64,000 bases of DNA, taken from positions 1-64,000 of IMG/VR virus record IMGVR_UViG_3300046003_007336. One strand, given 5' to 3'. The position numbers and the translations under genes were made by a program. The notes under the pieces were generated by a model. It worked only from the letters and a program-made list of their open reading frames with translations. It was not told where the DNA came from and made no database searches. The first letter of the stretch is position 1. The number at the start of each line of letters is the position of its first letter. Below, piece by piece: positions 28,824-38,781 of the stretch. This DNA is from a virus.

Positions 28824-28832
28824 GGAACACCT

Positions 28833-30803
28833 ATGAGTTATTTTGACGTCCCGGCCAAAGTTCTTGAATGCTTCGTTGAAACCCAGACAGGTGAAGAGTT
28901 CTGGCCGTTCGATGATGGCACCAACGACCCGTTCTGGCGATTTGGTCGCTCACCGAGAGACTTCCGGTGGAAGCTCACCATGCGAGTCACCGAACAGCGT
29001 CATAGCAGCCACAAAACCCGCGACCCCTATGTCTACAACGGCATGGATATCAAGGTCGGCGACTACGTCGCGAGTGCAACAGATGGCGTGGCCGTTCGAG
29101 TTGTCCGCATCGACCGCAAGACCGAAGACAGCGTGGTGTGCGTCGTAGAAGACGTTTTCCGCTACAACACCTTTCGGGACACCGCAGGGCTGGGTAACGG
29201 TATCTTCTCGTCCCCGACATCGGCCGTTGTATTCGAGGCCAACGATGCGGGCGTGCCCGTTGTTGACCCTCTCCCGGCATCCGGCGTCGGGCCCACGTTC
29301 TATGCCAACCTGATGTCGCGTTTCCAGAACCTGGAGAAAAACTCACACTTCCTGCTCTGGAAACCAAACCACGGCTTCGAGGTCGGCCAACTTGTGTCGG
29401 CGGACGCGGACAACAACTCCTTCGCCTTGACCGACGACGGCAACCCGTTCCTGGTCGGTCGAGTGTCGTTCGTCTATGGCGACAACCACTTCACCATCAA
29501 CCCCATCCAGAAAATCATCGATAATCTCGACAGCCTCGTCGGCGCGGTCGGCGATGTCCTCTACGCGGACCCCACAGTTCCGGGCGGCGTGACCATCAAC
29601 GAGGGCACGAACGCGGTCATGATCAAGCTCAGGGAACTCTCTGAGACTGAAATTATAGGAACGGTCATCGACGCCAGTACCGATGACGGCAACGCCATGC
29701 TGGTCAACGGCGTTGAGGTCCATATACCAGATGGCTCCATGGAGGCATTCTGTGAAGCTATCAACGATTCGACTGATGATCACGGCGTGACTGCTCGCGT
29801 GGCGCCGATCTCGACAGTCTCCAAGACGGTCATTGATCTCATCAATACCTTTTACGACGAACCCCTGCTGGCCATCGACCGTTCTGGGCCCGGTCGCCCT
29901 TCGGCCACCATCAACGGCGTCGTGGTCGAGTTCGACACAACCCGTATCGGGGAACTCAAGTATGATGAAACGCTCGCCACCGCCGAGGACATGGCAGAAG
30001 ACATCAATGCAGCCAACATCCCAAACCTGAAGGCTTCGTTTGTCGGCGTCTCTCTGGTTCTCACCCATGAACTCGGTTCGCCGATCAACATCACGAACGT
30101 TTCGCCGGATGCTCGCTCGCACAATTTCGCGGGCTCGAACTCTGGCTCCGGCCTTCGCATGGCGGAGTTCCCCGTTGAGGGAGAATACGTCCGTCTTGCC
30201 GCCATAGACGCTCGGGCAATCAACCTCGCAAACCTGATCGGAGACCCGGTCGATGATTTCGGTCTCTACAGTGTCGAGAACGGCGTCAAGGCCGCCGCCC
30301 TTTACGTCGAGCAAGGCATTCGTCAGGCCAGCAACCTCATGGTCCCCGACATCGCGTCCAGGAATGCCCTCGTGGCCATCCCTGGCGATCAGTCTTACGT
30401 GATCAACAAAGGCGATGGTGAGTGGGGCCAGTATATCTACGATGGTTCCCAGTGGCGCATGACGACCTCACAGGAAACCTCCAAGGTTGATTCGGACACC
30501 TACTCGGCCGAGGTCATGAACTCCACGGCCACGGTCGCTCTGGGTGAAGTCGGTGCCGGTTGCAAAGTCACCACGGTGATGATCGAGGTCACCCACGCAT
30601 TCGCGTCTTCGGCCACGATCTCGGTTGGAGACGCGGCCAATAACAGCCGACTAGCCGCCAATGATCACATCGACCTCTCCACGGTCGGGACCTATGCGGT
30701 TACGCCTAGCTACATCTACTCTGTTGACACCACGATCAACGTTTACATCACCGCCGCACTGTCCAACACTGGCCGCGCCATCGTGAGTATTACCTATCAA
30801 TAA
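28833..30803 (+). CDS. Virion structural protein
   Basis: 656 aa in the late operon; TINGV repeat as in the sheath insertion; C-terminal beta domain shared with the next gene. Confidence 0.65.
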   Translation: MSYFDVPAKVLECFVETQTGEEFWPFDDGTNDPFWRFGRSPRDFRWKLTMRVTEQRHSSHKTRDPYVYNGMDIKVGDYVASATDGVAVRVVRIDRKTEDSVVCVVEDVFRYNTFRDTAGLGNGIFSSPTSAVVFEANDAGVPVVDPLPASGVGPTFYANLMSRFQNLEKNSHFLLWKPNHGFEVGQLVSADADNNSFALTDDGNPFLVGRVSFVYGDNHFTINPIQKIIDNLDSLVGAVGDVLYADPTVPGGVTINEGTNAVMIKLRELSETEIIGTVIDASTDDGNAMLVNGVEVHIPDGSMEAFCEAINDSTDDHGVTARVAPISTVSKTVIDLINTFYDEPLLAIDRSGPGRPSATINGVVVEFDTTRIGELKYDETLATAEDMAEDINAANIPNLKASFVGVSLVLTHELGSPINITNVSPDARSHNFAGSNSGSGLRMAEFPVEGEYVRLAAIDARAINLANLIGDPVDDFGLYSVENGVKAAALYVEQGIRQASNLMVPDIASRNALVAIPGDQSYVINKGDGEWGQYIYDGSQWRMTTSQETSKVDSDTYSAEVMNSTATVALGEVGAGCKVTTVMIEVTHAFASSATISVGDAANNSRLAANDHIDLSTVGTYAVTPSYIYSVDTTINVYITAALSNTGRAIVSITYQ

Positions 30804-30865
30804 AACAGCGTCTAACATTCCTCTCATTTGCGTAAATAGAGAGATACTATTACTGAGGGAGCGGC

Positions 30866-33037
30866 ATGTCTTCTACTAAGAATTTCGGTGTGGATGGCAT
30901 TGGTTCGAATGTCCAGTTCGGCAAGGGCGGCTCTCGAATCGCCAATGACAGCGGAAGCCTGAAAGTCCTGAACCCATCCGGCGCCGCATTGGCGACACTC
31001 CGAGTCGCGTCTCCGGTTGCCGATGAAGACGCGATCACGTTTCTGCTCCACAAAAACGATCTCGGGACGATCAAGACCAACGTTGGCCTCGACGGCAACG
31101 GGCATTATGTCGCGAACACGTTCTCATCCTATATTGCGTCCGCCACTTCGTTCAAGACCGCAGATGACGCTCTGGACGGCGCGCTTGCCGCGCTTCAGAT
31201 CGAAGTCAACTCTATAGAGACCGGGACGGGCCTCAACGCGAACGGGACCCTGACCGTTCCTGGCTCCACCTATCTCGCCAACTCGACATCACTCCTTAAC
31301 GCGATCACTAAACTGGACACCGCTCTGAACACCGTTCAGGGCGAGTTGAACGTCACCCAAACCGGCGTCGGACTATCTACGAGCGGCACCTACGTGGTGC
31401 CGACTGGAACCAACTATCTTTCGGGCTCGACCACCCTGGCCTCGGCGACCATTCTTCTGGATACGGCCATCTTCGCCGTTCAGGGCGAACTCAACGTAGT
31501 CGAAACTGCGGTTGGTCTCGGCGGCGATGGCACCCTTCCTGCCTGGACGACCCCGAACTACATCAGCGGTTCGACCTCTCTCATCCAGGCCATTTCGTCA
31601 CTCGACGATCAACTCAAGTCCACCAACGACACCCTGACCTCAATGGGTTCCGCGCTCTCGTATCGCGGAACCGTGGCGGGCGGCGCCGCAGAAATTTCCG
31701 CGTTCGATCTCGATACCCTGTCCGAGACTACCGGCTCGTATTACAAGGTCTCGCAATCTGGTCATTTCTCTTATGACGGAGGAGACACGTTCTTCGCCAA
31801 CGTCAATGACGGTATCGTCAAGAACATGGACGGTGGTTGGGATATCATCGACAACACCAACGCGGCTGTCTTTGGTTCGTCAAACCGCATCGCCGTCACG
31901 GGCTCGCTAGATGATGGCTTCACGGTCGATATATCGTCCTCCTACGTGGGCCAGTCATCAATCACCACGCTGGGCACCATCACGAACGGCGTCTGGAACG
32001 GAACCGCTATCTCGGCCGTGCGCGGCGGCACCGGCCAGACCGTCTACGCGGTTGGCGATATTCTGGTTGCGACGTCCACGACTGCTCTGGAGAAACTCCC
32101 CCGTGGTTCTGCCAAGCAACAGCTTCGCATCAATAGCGCAGGTGAAACTCTCGAATACGCCGATCTCATTGCTGCGGACGTTGCGTTCTCGGATGGCTCG
32201 TACACAGCCACGAACGCATCGACGGCCCTGATTGAAGTCCGCACCAAGGTCAACGCGGTACAGACCGGCGCCGGTCTGACCAGCGCGGGAGACTTCGTAG
32301 CGAACACGTCCACTACCTACATTGCTGCCGCGACCTCGCTCAAACAGTCCGACAATCTTCTCGATGTAGCCATTTCCACTCTTGCGACCACGGTTGGGAA
32401 CATGACGGAGGCGGAAATCTTTTCTCCGAACACGTTCTACTCTGTCAAAACGACCAACACCCAGACGGAGTTCTACGGCAATGTCAACGCGGCCAAGGTT
32501 CTGGTCGGCAAGGTGGTCTCGGGGAACAACACCAACACGCGTTTCTCCATCGACATGGCGACCGCTGGCCGCGCCAAGCTGGCTGTCGAGAGCGGCACCC
32601 TCTCCAACGCAGACCTCGCCCTGGTCCCGCTCGGAACCGGTTCCATTGATGCCAGCGGCGCCCGGATGACCAATCTCGCCAACGCGACCCAGAACGCGGA
32701 CGCCGTGAGCTTCGGTTTCGCAAAATCGACCATGACCTCATATAAGACCGTGGCTTTCACGGAAGCCAACGCACCCGTCTCGCTCGGGACCCTGAACGGC
32801 CTCGTCAAGCGCGTCATCGTGCAGATCAACGATGCGTTCGCCGCCCCCTCCGGGGTGACGGTGGGAACGTCCGGGAACACCTCCCTTCTTGTCACTGGCG
32901 CCGACATCGACCACTCCGAAGAAGGTATCTACATCGTAGACGTCATCGCCTCGGTGAACGCAGTGGTCTCCGTTTACATCTCCGGGTCCGGTGCGGGCAC
33001 CGGCACGGTGATCGTCGAATATCTCGCGAGTCAATAA
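30866..33037 (+). CDS. Fibre-like virion protein with five internal repeats
   Basis: Five copies of xTxxGLxxxG...YIxxxTSLxxAxxxLDxAI; TAAATA at 30833-30838. Confidence 0.7.
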   Translation: MSSTKNFGVDGIGSNVQFGKGGSRIANDSGSLKVLNPSGAALATLRVASPVADEDAITFLLHKNDLGTIKTNVGLDGNGHYVANTFSSYIASATSFKTADDALDGALAALQIEVNSIETGTGLNANGTLTVPGSTYLANSTSLLNAITKLDTALNTVQGELNVTQTGVGLSTSGTYVVPTGTNYLSGSTTLASATILLDTAIFAVQGELNVVETAVGLGGDGTLPAWTTPNYISGSTSLIQAISSLDDQLKSTNDTLTSMGSALSYRGTVAGGAAEISAFDLDTLSETTGSYYKVSQSGHFSYDGGDTFFANVNDGIVKNMDGGWDIIDNTNAAVFGSSNRIAVTGSLDDGFTVDISSSYVGQSSITTLGTITNGVWNGTAISAVRGGTGQTVYAVGDILVATSTTALEKLPRGSAKQQLRINSAGETLEYADLIAADVAFSDGSYTATNASTALIEVRTKVNAVQTGAGLTSAGDFVANTSTTYIAAATSLKQSDNLLDVAISTLATTVGNMTEAEIFSPNTFYSVKTTNTQTEFYGNVNAAKVLVGKVVSGNNTNTRFSIDMATAGRAKLAVESGTLSNADLALVPLGTGSIDASGARMTNLANATQNADAVSFGFAKSTMTSYKTVAFTEANAPVSLGTLNGLVKRVIVQINDAFAAPSGVTVGTSGNTSLLVTGADIDHSEEGIYIVDVIASVNAVVSVYISGSGAGTGTVIVEYLASQ

Positions 33038-33082
33038 CGGGGCTCCCTGACATAAATACGTCTGACGTATTCAGGGAGAACC

Positions 33083-33631
33083 ATGAAAGTATTTGATACT
33101 CGAAACTCGGGCGGGTCTTTGGTCGTTCTTGGCCAGTCGCTCGTGCTCCCGAAGGAAACCCTTGACGGGACCGCGACTATTCACGGTGCCCTGCGCTATA
33201 ATTCATCTCTTAACCGGGTCGAGTTCCGATCATCCGGCAACGCGTGGAACCCTCTCGCCAGCGATGCTTCCACCTGGGAAAACTGGACACCGACGATCAC
33301 CACGACTGTCGCTGCTGGCTCGGGTTTCGCCTACACGGTCGTGTCGGCCCGCTACACCGTCCTGAACAAGCTCGTTGTCGCCACGTTCACGGCCACCATC
33401 ACCAACCTGGGCACGGGACCATCTGCTTCTGGGTTGGTGAATGCGACGATGCCCTTCGTGGCAGCGTACCCCGCATGCGGGCAAGGCTCCGAACCCGGCA
33501 TCACCGGCCACTTCCTTCAGGCCAACATGTCGTCTGCATCTAACCTCTTGACGATCAAGAAATACGACGGCTCGTCGCCAGTCGTCCTCAACGCCCAGAT
33601 TCGGGCCACCATTACCTACGAGGCCCAGTAA
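33083..33631 (+). CDS. Virion/tail-fibre-associated protein
   Basis: GALRYNSSLNRVEF, WENWTPTIT, ARYTVLNKLV; TAAATA at 33053-33058. Confidence 0.65.
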   Translation: MKVFDTRNSGGSLVVLGQSLVLPKETLDGTATIHGALRYNSSLNRVEFRSSGNAWNPLASDASTWENWTPTITTTVAAGSGFAYTVVSARYTVLNKLVVATFTATITNLGTGPSASGLVNATMPFVAAYPACGQGSEPGITGHFLQANMSSASNLLTIKKYDGSSPVVLNAQIRATITYEAQ

Positions 33632-33633
33632 GC

Positions 33634-34176
33634 ATGTCCAGAGCAGCCCCAGCCCGAAAGCCCGCGACCCGCAAGGCGCCGCCGAAGGTTGTTCCGGCTC
33701 TTCCCAAGACCCCTTTCTGGTATTCCTGGCGCCACCTTGCCGCCTACATCTACCTCTTCATCTGCTTCTTCGATTTTGTCGCCATGCCGGTCTATTACGA
33801 GTTCGCCCACAAGCCTCTCTCGAAGACCGAACTCGTGCGACTGGTCACCGGTCTCGACCCCACCAATCAGGTTCAGGCCATGCAGATTATCTCGACCGAG
33901 CAGCGTTGGGAGCCCCTGACCCTCGGCGAGAGCGGCCTATTCCACCTCGCCTTCGGCGCCATCCTGGGTGTCGCCGCGTGGACCCGTGGTAGCCAGCGTG
34001 GCTCCAGCAGCCGCCCCGGCTATTTCGACAGCTACGCTGGCGGCGAGCGGGGCGATGACGATTTCGAGTTCGAAGAAGAAGAAGAACCCGCCCCGACCCG
34101 CAGTCGCGTAGATCGTTCCGCCGAAACAGCCGATGGTCTCGACCCGTTTGCTGACAATAGCGGAGGAAACACATGA
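33634..34176 (+). CDS. Holin-like membrane protein (GTA-holin 3TM-like jumbo-phage family)
   Basis: WRHLAAYIYLFICFFDFVAMP...WEPLTLGESGLFHLAFGAILGVAAWTRG. Confidence 0.6.
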   Translation: MSRAAPARKPATRKAPPKVVPALPKTPFWYSWRHLAAYIYLFICFFDFVAMPVYYEFAHKPLSKTELVRLVTGLDPTNQVQAMQIISTEQRWEPLTLGESGLFHLAFGAILGVAAWTRGSQRGSSSRPGYFDSYAGGERGDDDFEFEEEEEPAPTRSRVDRSAETADGLDPFADNSGGNT

Positions 34177-34817
34177 CCCAACTACCCCTCGACGTGGCCC
34201 AATATATCAGCCTCATCAGCGCAGAGCCGCTCGCCGAAGACGTGTCTCGTCTGTGGTTCCACTGCGTGTGCGAGAACGCCCCGTCCGGCGTCGTGACCAC
34301 TCTCCAGTGTGATTCCGGGACCGAACTCAAATCGGTCTGCATGGTGGCCCGCAAAACCGAAGACGGGACCTCCTACGTGGTTCCGGTCACCCGCGCCCTG
34401 GCCGAGCGCGAAGTCGAACGCGTGGTCAACGCTTTCACCGAAGCCTACGACGGCGACTTCGACATTGAAGCCACCACCGTGCCGCAAGGCCAGTTGACTT
34501 CCAAGGACGCGGGCCCCTCGCTCGACATCGACGAAGAACACTATAAGGAACTTTGCGCCGCGTGGGCAAAGCGGAAACACAACGAGTGGGTGAAGTCCCG
34601 CACGGAATCCGGCTGGCGTTTCGGGCAACGGGTCAGCCTGAAAGACAAGACCCATCCGCTGCTGCGCCCGTGGGATGATCTCCCAGCGACCGCCCGCCAG
34701 ACCGACATGGACGAACCTCAGGAACTTCTCGATCTCATCGACGCCCACGGATACGTCGTGGTGACCAAGTCCGACCTCGAAACCCTGATGGGGCTTGTCC
34801 GTCGCGCCAAGATGTAG
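34173..34817 (+). CDS. RyR (ryanodine-receptor repeat) domain protein
   Basis: AKRKHNEWVKSRTESGWRFG...KTHPLLRPWDDLP. Confidence 0.8.
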   Translation: MTQLPLDVAQYISLISAEPLAEDVSRLWFHCVCENAPSGVVTTLQCDSGTELKSVCMVARKTEDGTSYVVPVTRALAEREVERVVNAFTEAYDGDFDIEATTVPQGQLTSKDAGPSLDIDEEHYKELCAAWAKRKHNEWVKSRTESGWRFGQRVSLKDKTHPLLRPWDDLPATARQTDMDEPQELLDLIDAHGYVVVTKSDLETLMGLVRRAKM

Positions 34818-34933
34818 GGTGCGACATTCCGCCACACATGTTGTGACGTCAGCGGAACTTGCGGAAGAAACGGAGATCGACTAGATAGGCATCACGGTCA
34901 CCTTGATCGTGTGTCTTTCGACGGAGTTCTTTA

Positions 34934-35311
34934 ATGACACGCACTCGCCCATCTTCACCCTTCGACACCAGCGACGCCCGCTGCAAGTTCCCGGTCTTCG
35001 GCGCCACCTGCGACGCGGCCCTGACGAAATCTGGCCGCACCGCGTCCGACATCGCCCGCGAATGCAAGATTTCGCCCGAGATGATGCGCGCCTATCGCCG
35101 GGGCTTCGCCTACCCCATGGATTCGACCCTGGCCAAGCTGGAAGCCGCCCTCGGCGTCACGCTGTCCGACAAGCCCAGGACCGGCATCATGGTTCGCGAC
35201 GTCGATCTGGCCACGCTGGACGCCATCGCCGCGCTGGCCACGGGTGCCGCGCAGGTTTCCCGCGACGGTGACCAGTACGTCTTCACCGTCCGGGTTCCTG
35301 CGGCGGCATAA
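34934..35311 (+). CDS. XRE-family HTH regulator
   Basis: TASDIARECKISPEMMRAYRRG..YP...LAKLEAALGV. Confidence 0.75.
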   Translation: MTRTRPSSPFDTSDARCKFPVFGATCDAALTKSGRTASDIARECKISPEMMRAYRRGFAYPMDSTLAKLEAALGVTLSDKPRTGIMVRDVDLATLDAIAALATGAAQVSRDGDQYVFTVRVPAAA

Positions 35312-35347
35312 TCCCCTCGGGGAGTTCGGTGTGGTGCTGAACGGAAG

Positions 35348-35378
35348 AGGCGGGGCGAAAGCTCCGCCTTTTCATTTT
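35348..35378 (+). terminator. Rho-independent terminator
   Basis: aggcggggc-GAAA-gctccgcct-tttcatttt. Confidence 0.75.
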
Positions 35379-35411
35379 GGTTTCCCAAAAGAGTGTGCAT
35401 ATACTGCGTAC

Positions 35412-36776
35412 ATGGACGCATCAGACATCATCGAACGCCTTGCGGCAGAACCAAGCCGCACCGGCAAAGAACAAATTCTCTATGACGCGTTCCAGAACGG
35501 TCACCGAGACTTCTTCATCGGCGCACAACTCGCCTACGACGCTCTCGTGAGCTTCGGGGTCAAGAAAGTCGCCAGCATCGAAGAGCCCGACGATGGCGAC
35601 CCCGGCACCTATACGTTCAAGGACTTCCTCGAACTCGCCGATGATCTGGCCAACCGCCGTCTGACCGGCCACGCCGCGCGCGACGCCATCAACGACGCCG
35701 CCAGCCGCTGCAACATCCGCACATGGCAGACTTTCTACCGCCGCGTTCTCCTGACGGATTTCAAATGCGGGTGCGAGACTTCCACGATCAACAAGATTCT
35801 GAAGAAGCTCAGCCAATCGAACCCCGAGGCTGAGAAATACATGGTCCCGGTCTTCGGCTGCCAGTTGGCCAAGGACGGCGCCGACCCCGCGCACGAGAAG
35901 AAGATCAAGGGCGTGCGGATGCTGGACGTCAAGCTCGACGGCGTCCGCCTCATCACCGTTCTGGACAAAGAAGCCGGAATGGTCACCCAGTTCAGCCGCA
36001 ACGGCCACGTCGTCGAGACTTTCGCTGAGGTCCGCGAGGCCCTGATGGGCCTGCTCGACGAACTGCCGGGCAGCGTCGTCCTCGACGGCGAGATCACCGC
36101 AGCATCCTTCCAGACGCTGATGACCCGCCTCCAGCGCAAGGTCGGCAAGAACACCGTCGAAGCCAAGCTGGCCCTGTTCGACATCATCCCGCTCGAAGAT
36201 TTCCGCAACGGTTTCTGCGCGACCTCGCAGCGGGAACGCCACGCTCACCTGATCTCGCTGGTGACCTCCGGCCTCCTGAAGGCCAAGACCGGCACTCTCT
36301 GCTACGTCGTGCCCAAGATCGAACTCGATCTCGACACGCCCGAGGGCCAGGAGGCTTTCGCCGAGTTCAATCGGCAAGCCATCGAAGCCGACTACGAAGG
36401 CATCATGATCAAGGACCCCGAGGCCGCCTACGAGATCAAACGCTCTATTGCGTGGCTGAAGATGAAGCCCTTCATCGAAGTCAGCCTGACCGTGACGGAA
36501 CTCCAACAGGGTGAAGCGGGCTCGAAATACGCCGACGTTCTCGGTGCCCTGATCTGTGAAGGCCGCGAAGACGGTAAGGACATTCGGGTCAGCGTCGGCT
36601 CCGGCATCACGGATGCGGAACGGAAGCTGTGGTGGAACAACCCCGGCCTCGTGAAGGGTTTCATCGCTGAGGTTCGCGCCGATTGCTTCAGCAAGGCACA
36701 GGACGGAGAAATCTGGTCGTTGCGTTTCCCCCGCCTGAAGGGCTGGCGCGGCCGGGTCGCTGGTGAGAAGCTCTGA
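35412..36776 (+). CDS. lig: ATP-dependent DNA ligase (T4 gp30-like)
   Basis: KLDGVR, LDGEI, YEGIMIK, WLKMK, VGSG, SLRFPR motifs; start moved to ATG 35412. Confidence 0.92.
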   Translation: MDASDIIERLAAEPSRTGKEQILYDAFQNGHRDFFIGAQLAYDALVSFGVKKVASIEEPDDGDPGTYTFKDFLELADDLANRRLTGHAARDAINDAASRCNIRTWQTFYRRVLLTDFKCGCETSTINKILKKLSQSNPEAEKYMVPVFGCQLAKDGADPAHEKKIKGVRMLDVKLDGVRLITVLDKEAGMVTQFSRNGHVVETFAEVREALMGLLDELPGSVVLDGEITAASFQTLMTRLQRKVGKNTVEAKLALFDIIPLEDFRNGFCATSQRERHAHLISLVTSGLLKAKTGTLCYVVPKIELDLDTPEGQEAFAEFNRQAIEADYEGIMIKDPEAAYEIKRSIAWLKMKPFIEVSLTVTELQQGEAGSKYADVLGALICEGREDGKDIRVSVGSGITDAERKLWWNNPGLVKGFIAEVRADCFSKAQDGEIWSLRFPRLKGWRGRVAGEKL

Positions 36777-36819
36777 GGTCAGGTGGGCCCCTCGGGCTAC
36801 CTTCAAGGAAACCGGCAGC

Positions 36820-37191
36820 GTGGACCTGAGCGGCTACTTCAACGATTTCTGGCCTTGTGACCACTGCGCCGCCGCGACCGGTTATGTCGGCCTAGGCGAT
36901 GCTGACCACTATGCGCGCACGCCAACGCGCATGATGCATGAGGAAGAGTTCCTCCCGATGATGGCGGCAAGGGGGTGGACTCGATTCGATTTCACCCGAA
37001 GGGAATGGCGCCCTACGCCGACGACCATGACTTTGCGCCTGAAGCCGTGGACGGTTATCCAACCTGTGCACTATTTCGATATGGCCAAGTTCCCTGATCT
37101 CAACGGAGACCATGACCCCATCCTGGTCTTCATGTCTGACCCCGAGGAATATTCTCGGCTGTTCTTCACACTAGGAATGCCCAATGGATAA
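36820..37191 (+). CDS. Hypothetical protein
   Basis: Probable GTG start within ORF 36763-37191. Confidence 0.55.
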   Translation: MDLSGYFNDFWPCDHCAAATGYVGLGDADHYARTPTRMMHEEEFLPMMAARGWTRFDFTRREWRPTPTTMTLRLKPWTVIQPVHYFDMAKFPDLNGDHDPILVFMSDPEEYSRLFFTLGMPNG

Positions 37192-37501
37192 TCTCACCGA
37201 TAGCGCAGTCGCGTGGATAGTAGACCCGTTGGGGGACTATACGCCGGGGCGCGGCAAGGAGATCGTCGATTGGTTGGATGCTTGGGGGAAACCATTTTTC
37301 CCCTCTGGTCGCTACTATATGCTCAAGCAGCACGGTGACATGATCTGGGCTGGCTACAAGTTCCATATCGGTCTCGCGACCGAAGAAGACGCCGACGAGT
37401 TCATCACGCGCTGGGGCGGATTCAAGTCTCCTGGTTCGGTGGCCAACGGCTCCTTCGTCACTGAGCCCGCGAACGCATGGGACCAATTCGGCCGTGGGTA
37501 A
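37184..37501 (+). CDS. Hypothetical protein
   Basis: LATEEDADEFITRW family motif. Confidence 0.65.
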   Translation: MDNLTDSAVAWIVDPLGDYTPGRGKEIVDWLDAWGKPFFPSGRYYMLKQHGDMIWAGYKFHIGLATEEDADEFITRWGGFKSPGSVANGSFVTEPANAWDQFGRG

Positions 37502-37997
37502 AATCTACACCACGGCGGAGGCTCAATCCCGTGCCCTGTTCCTGTTCCAGAAACCGACCCGACATATGTCGAACTGGACAGGCGACATTGAGCGCGAATT
37601 CCCGCACGTGGCCTCGATTCACCAGAGCTATTTTGTCGTTTTCCAGGACTACCGGGACGACGATCAGTTCACGCCGATCACGCACCGAGACACCTACCTC
37701 TTCGTTGAAGAGAACTGCGCCCACGACGCCATCATGCGCCACACCGAGGTGGAGTTCTATTTCACGCCGGATTACAAGGTCAGAGAGGCACAGAAGAAAT
37801 TCGTGTCCAGCTACGAGATGCGCCAGTCGGTGAAATCAGGCTGGGTGGAGTTTTTCTTCCGCTCCCACTCCGACCTCCTATTGTTCGTCCTTCATTTCGG
37901 AGAGGTGTGCTCGATCAGAGATGATCTCGTGCATCCGAACCGCAATTTCTCCGACACTGAACGGGCCTCTATTTCGAAGCACTCGGTGCTGTTTTAA
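37494..37997 (+). CDS. Hypothetical protein
   Basis: FRSHSDLLLFVLHF family motif. Confidence 0.65.
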   Translation: MGKIYTTAEAQSRALFLFQKPTRHMSNWTGDIEREFPHVASIHQSYFVVFQDYRDDDQFTPITHRDTYLFVEENCAHDAIMRHTEVEFYFTPDYKVREAQKKFVSSYEMRQSVKSGWVEFFFRSHSDLLLFVLHFGEVCSIRDDLVHPNRNFSDTERASISKHSVLF

Positions 37998-38080
37998 TTT
38001 TGAATCTCGCCTACCAAAAAACGTAGGGTGTCTTTGCCGGTCCAGTCGGGCCGGATATTTCAAAGGACACTTTACTCCCT

Positions 38081-38338
38081 ATGGCACTGAACAATCTCTC
38101 CCAGGACGACCAGCGCAAGCTCAACGAGTTCATGGACGCTGGCCTGCGCATCCTGCAAGACCAAGCTGACCTCCGTGAAGGTCTGTCGGAAAAGGCGAAA
38201 GACCTCGCCACCCACCTGGACATCAAGCCCGGCCTTCTGATGAAGTCGCTGCGCTCCGCCTTCAAGCAAACCCTGGCTGCCGACAAGGAAGTCATGGAAG
38301 GCGTCGAGGACATCCTCGAAATCACTGGCCACGCCTAA
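38081..38338 (+). CDS. dsDNA-binding protein (T4 DsbA/GapR-like)
   Basis: KLNEFMDAGLRILQDQADLREGLSEKAKDLATHLDIKPGLLMKSLRSAFK. Confidence 0.65.
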   Translation: MALNNLSQDDQRKLNEFMDAGLRILQDQADLREGLSEKAKDLATHLDIKPGLLMKSLRSAFKQTLAADKEVMEGVEDILEITGHA

Positions 38339-38345
38339 GGAGCGG

Positions 38346-38366
38346 GGGCGGGGAAACCCGCCCTTC
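38346..38366 (+). terminator. GAAA hairpin, terminator-like
   Basis: gggcggg-GAAA-cccgccc-ttc. Confidence 0.5.
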
Positions 38367-38371
38367 ATCCC

Positions 38372-38743
38372 ATGCAGAGGCCGACGCGCGCGGACGCTAT
38401 CCGCATCATCCGTGAAATGCTCTCAACGAGGCGAAACCTTATGGGCGATATGACTGGTGAGCAGGAGACCGCCTTCCTGTTCGCCGACGACTGGACCGTC
38501 GTCGCCGACTGCTCGAACCTGACGGATTGCCACTGGGCGCATGAAGTCGTGATGACGGTCGCCGAACTTCACCAGACGCTGGGTCATCACAAGTGGTGCG
38601 TGGCCAACTGCGAGGAAAACTGGTCGTCTTATCGACAAAATCTCCGCAGCATGCAGAACAGAAACGTGATTTTTACTTTCCGTTCCCCAAAGGATGCCAC
38701 GAAGTTCATTCTCCGTTTCTGTGATCAAGTGGTTCACAATTGA
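38372..38743 (+). CDS. Hypothetical protein
   Basis: FRSPKDATKFILRF family motif. Confidence 0.65.
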   Translation: MQRPTRADAIRIIREMLSTRRNLMGDMTGEQETAFLFADDWTVVADCSNLTDCHWAHEVVMTVAELHQTLGHHKWCVANCEENWSSYRQNLRSMQNRNVIFTFRSPKDATKFILRFCDQVVHN

Positions 38744-38781
38744 TTTTGATTCCAGAGTAATGAAACAACTACTATGGAGTC

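Noticed and set aside
35421-36806. 461-aa ORF on the - strand
   Set aside because: Antisense to DNA ligase.
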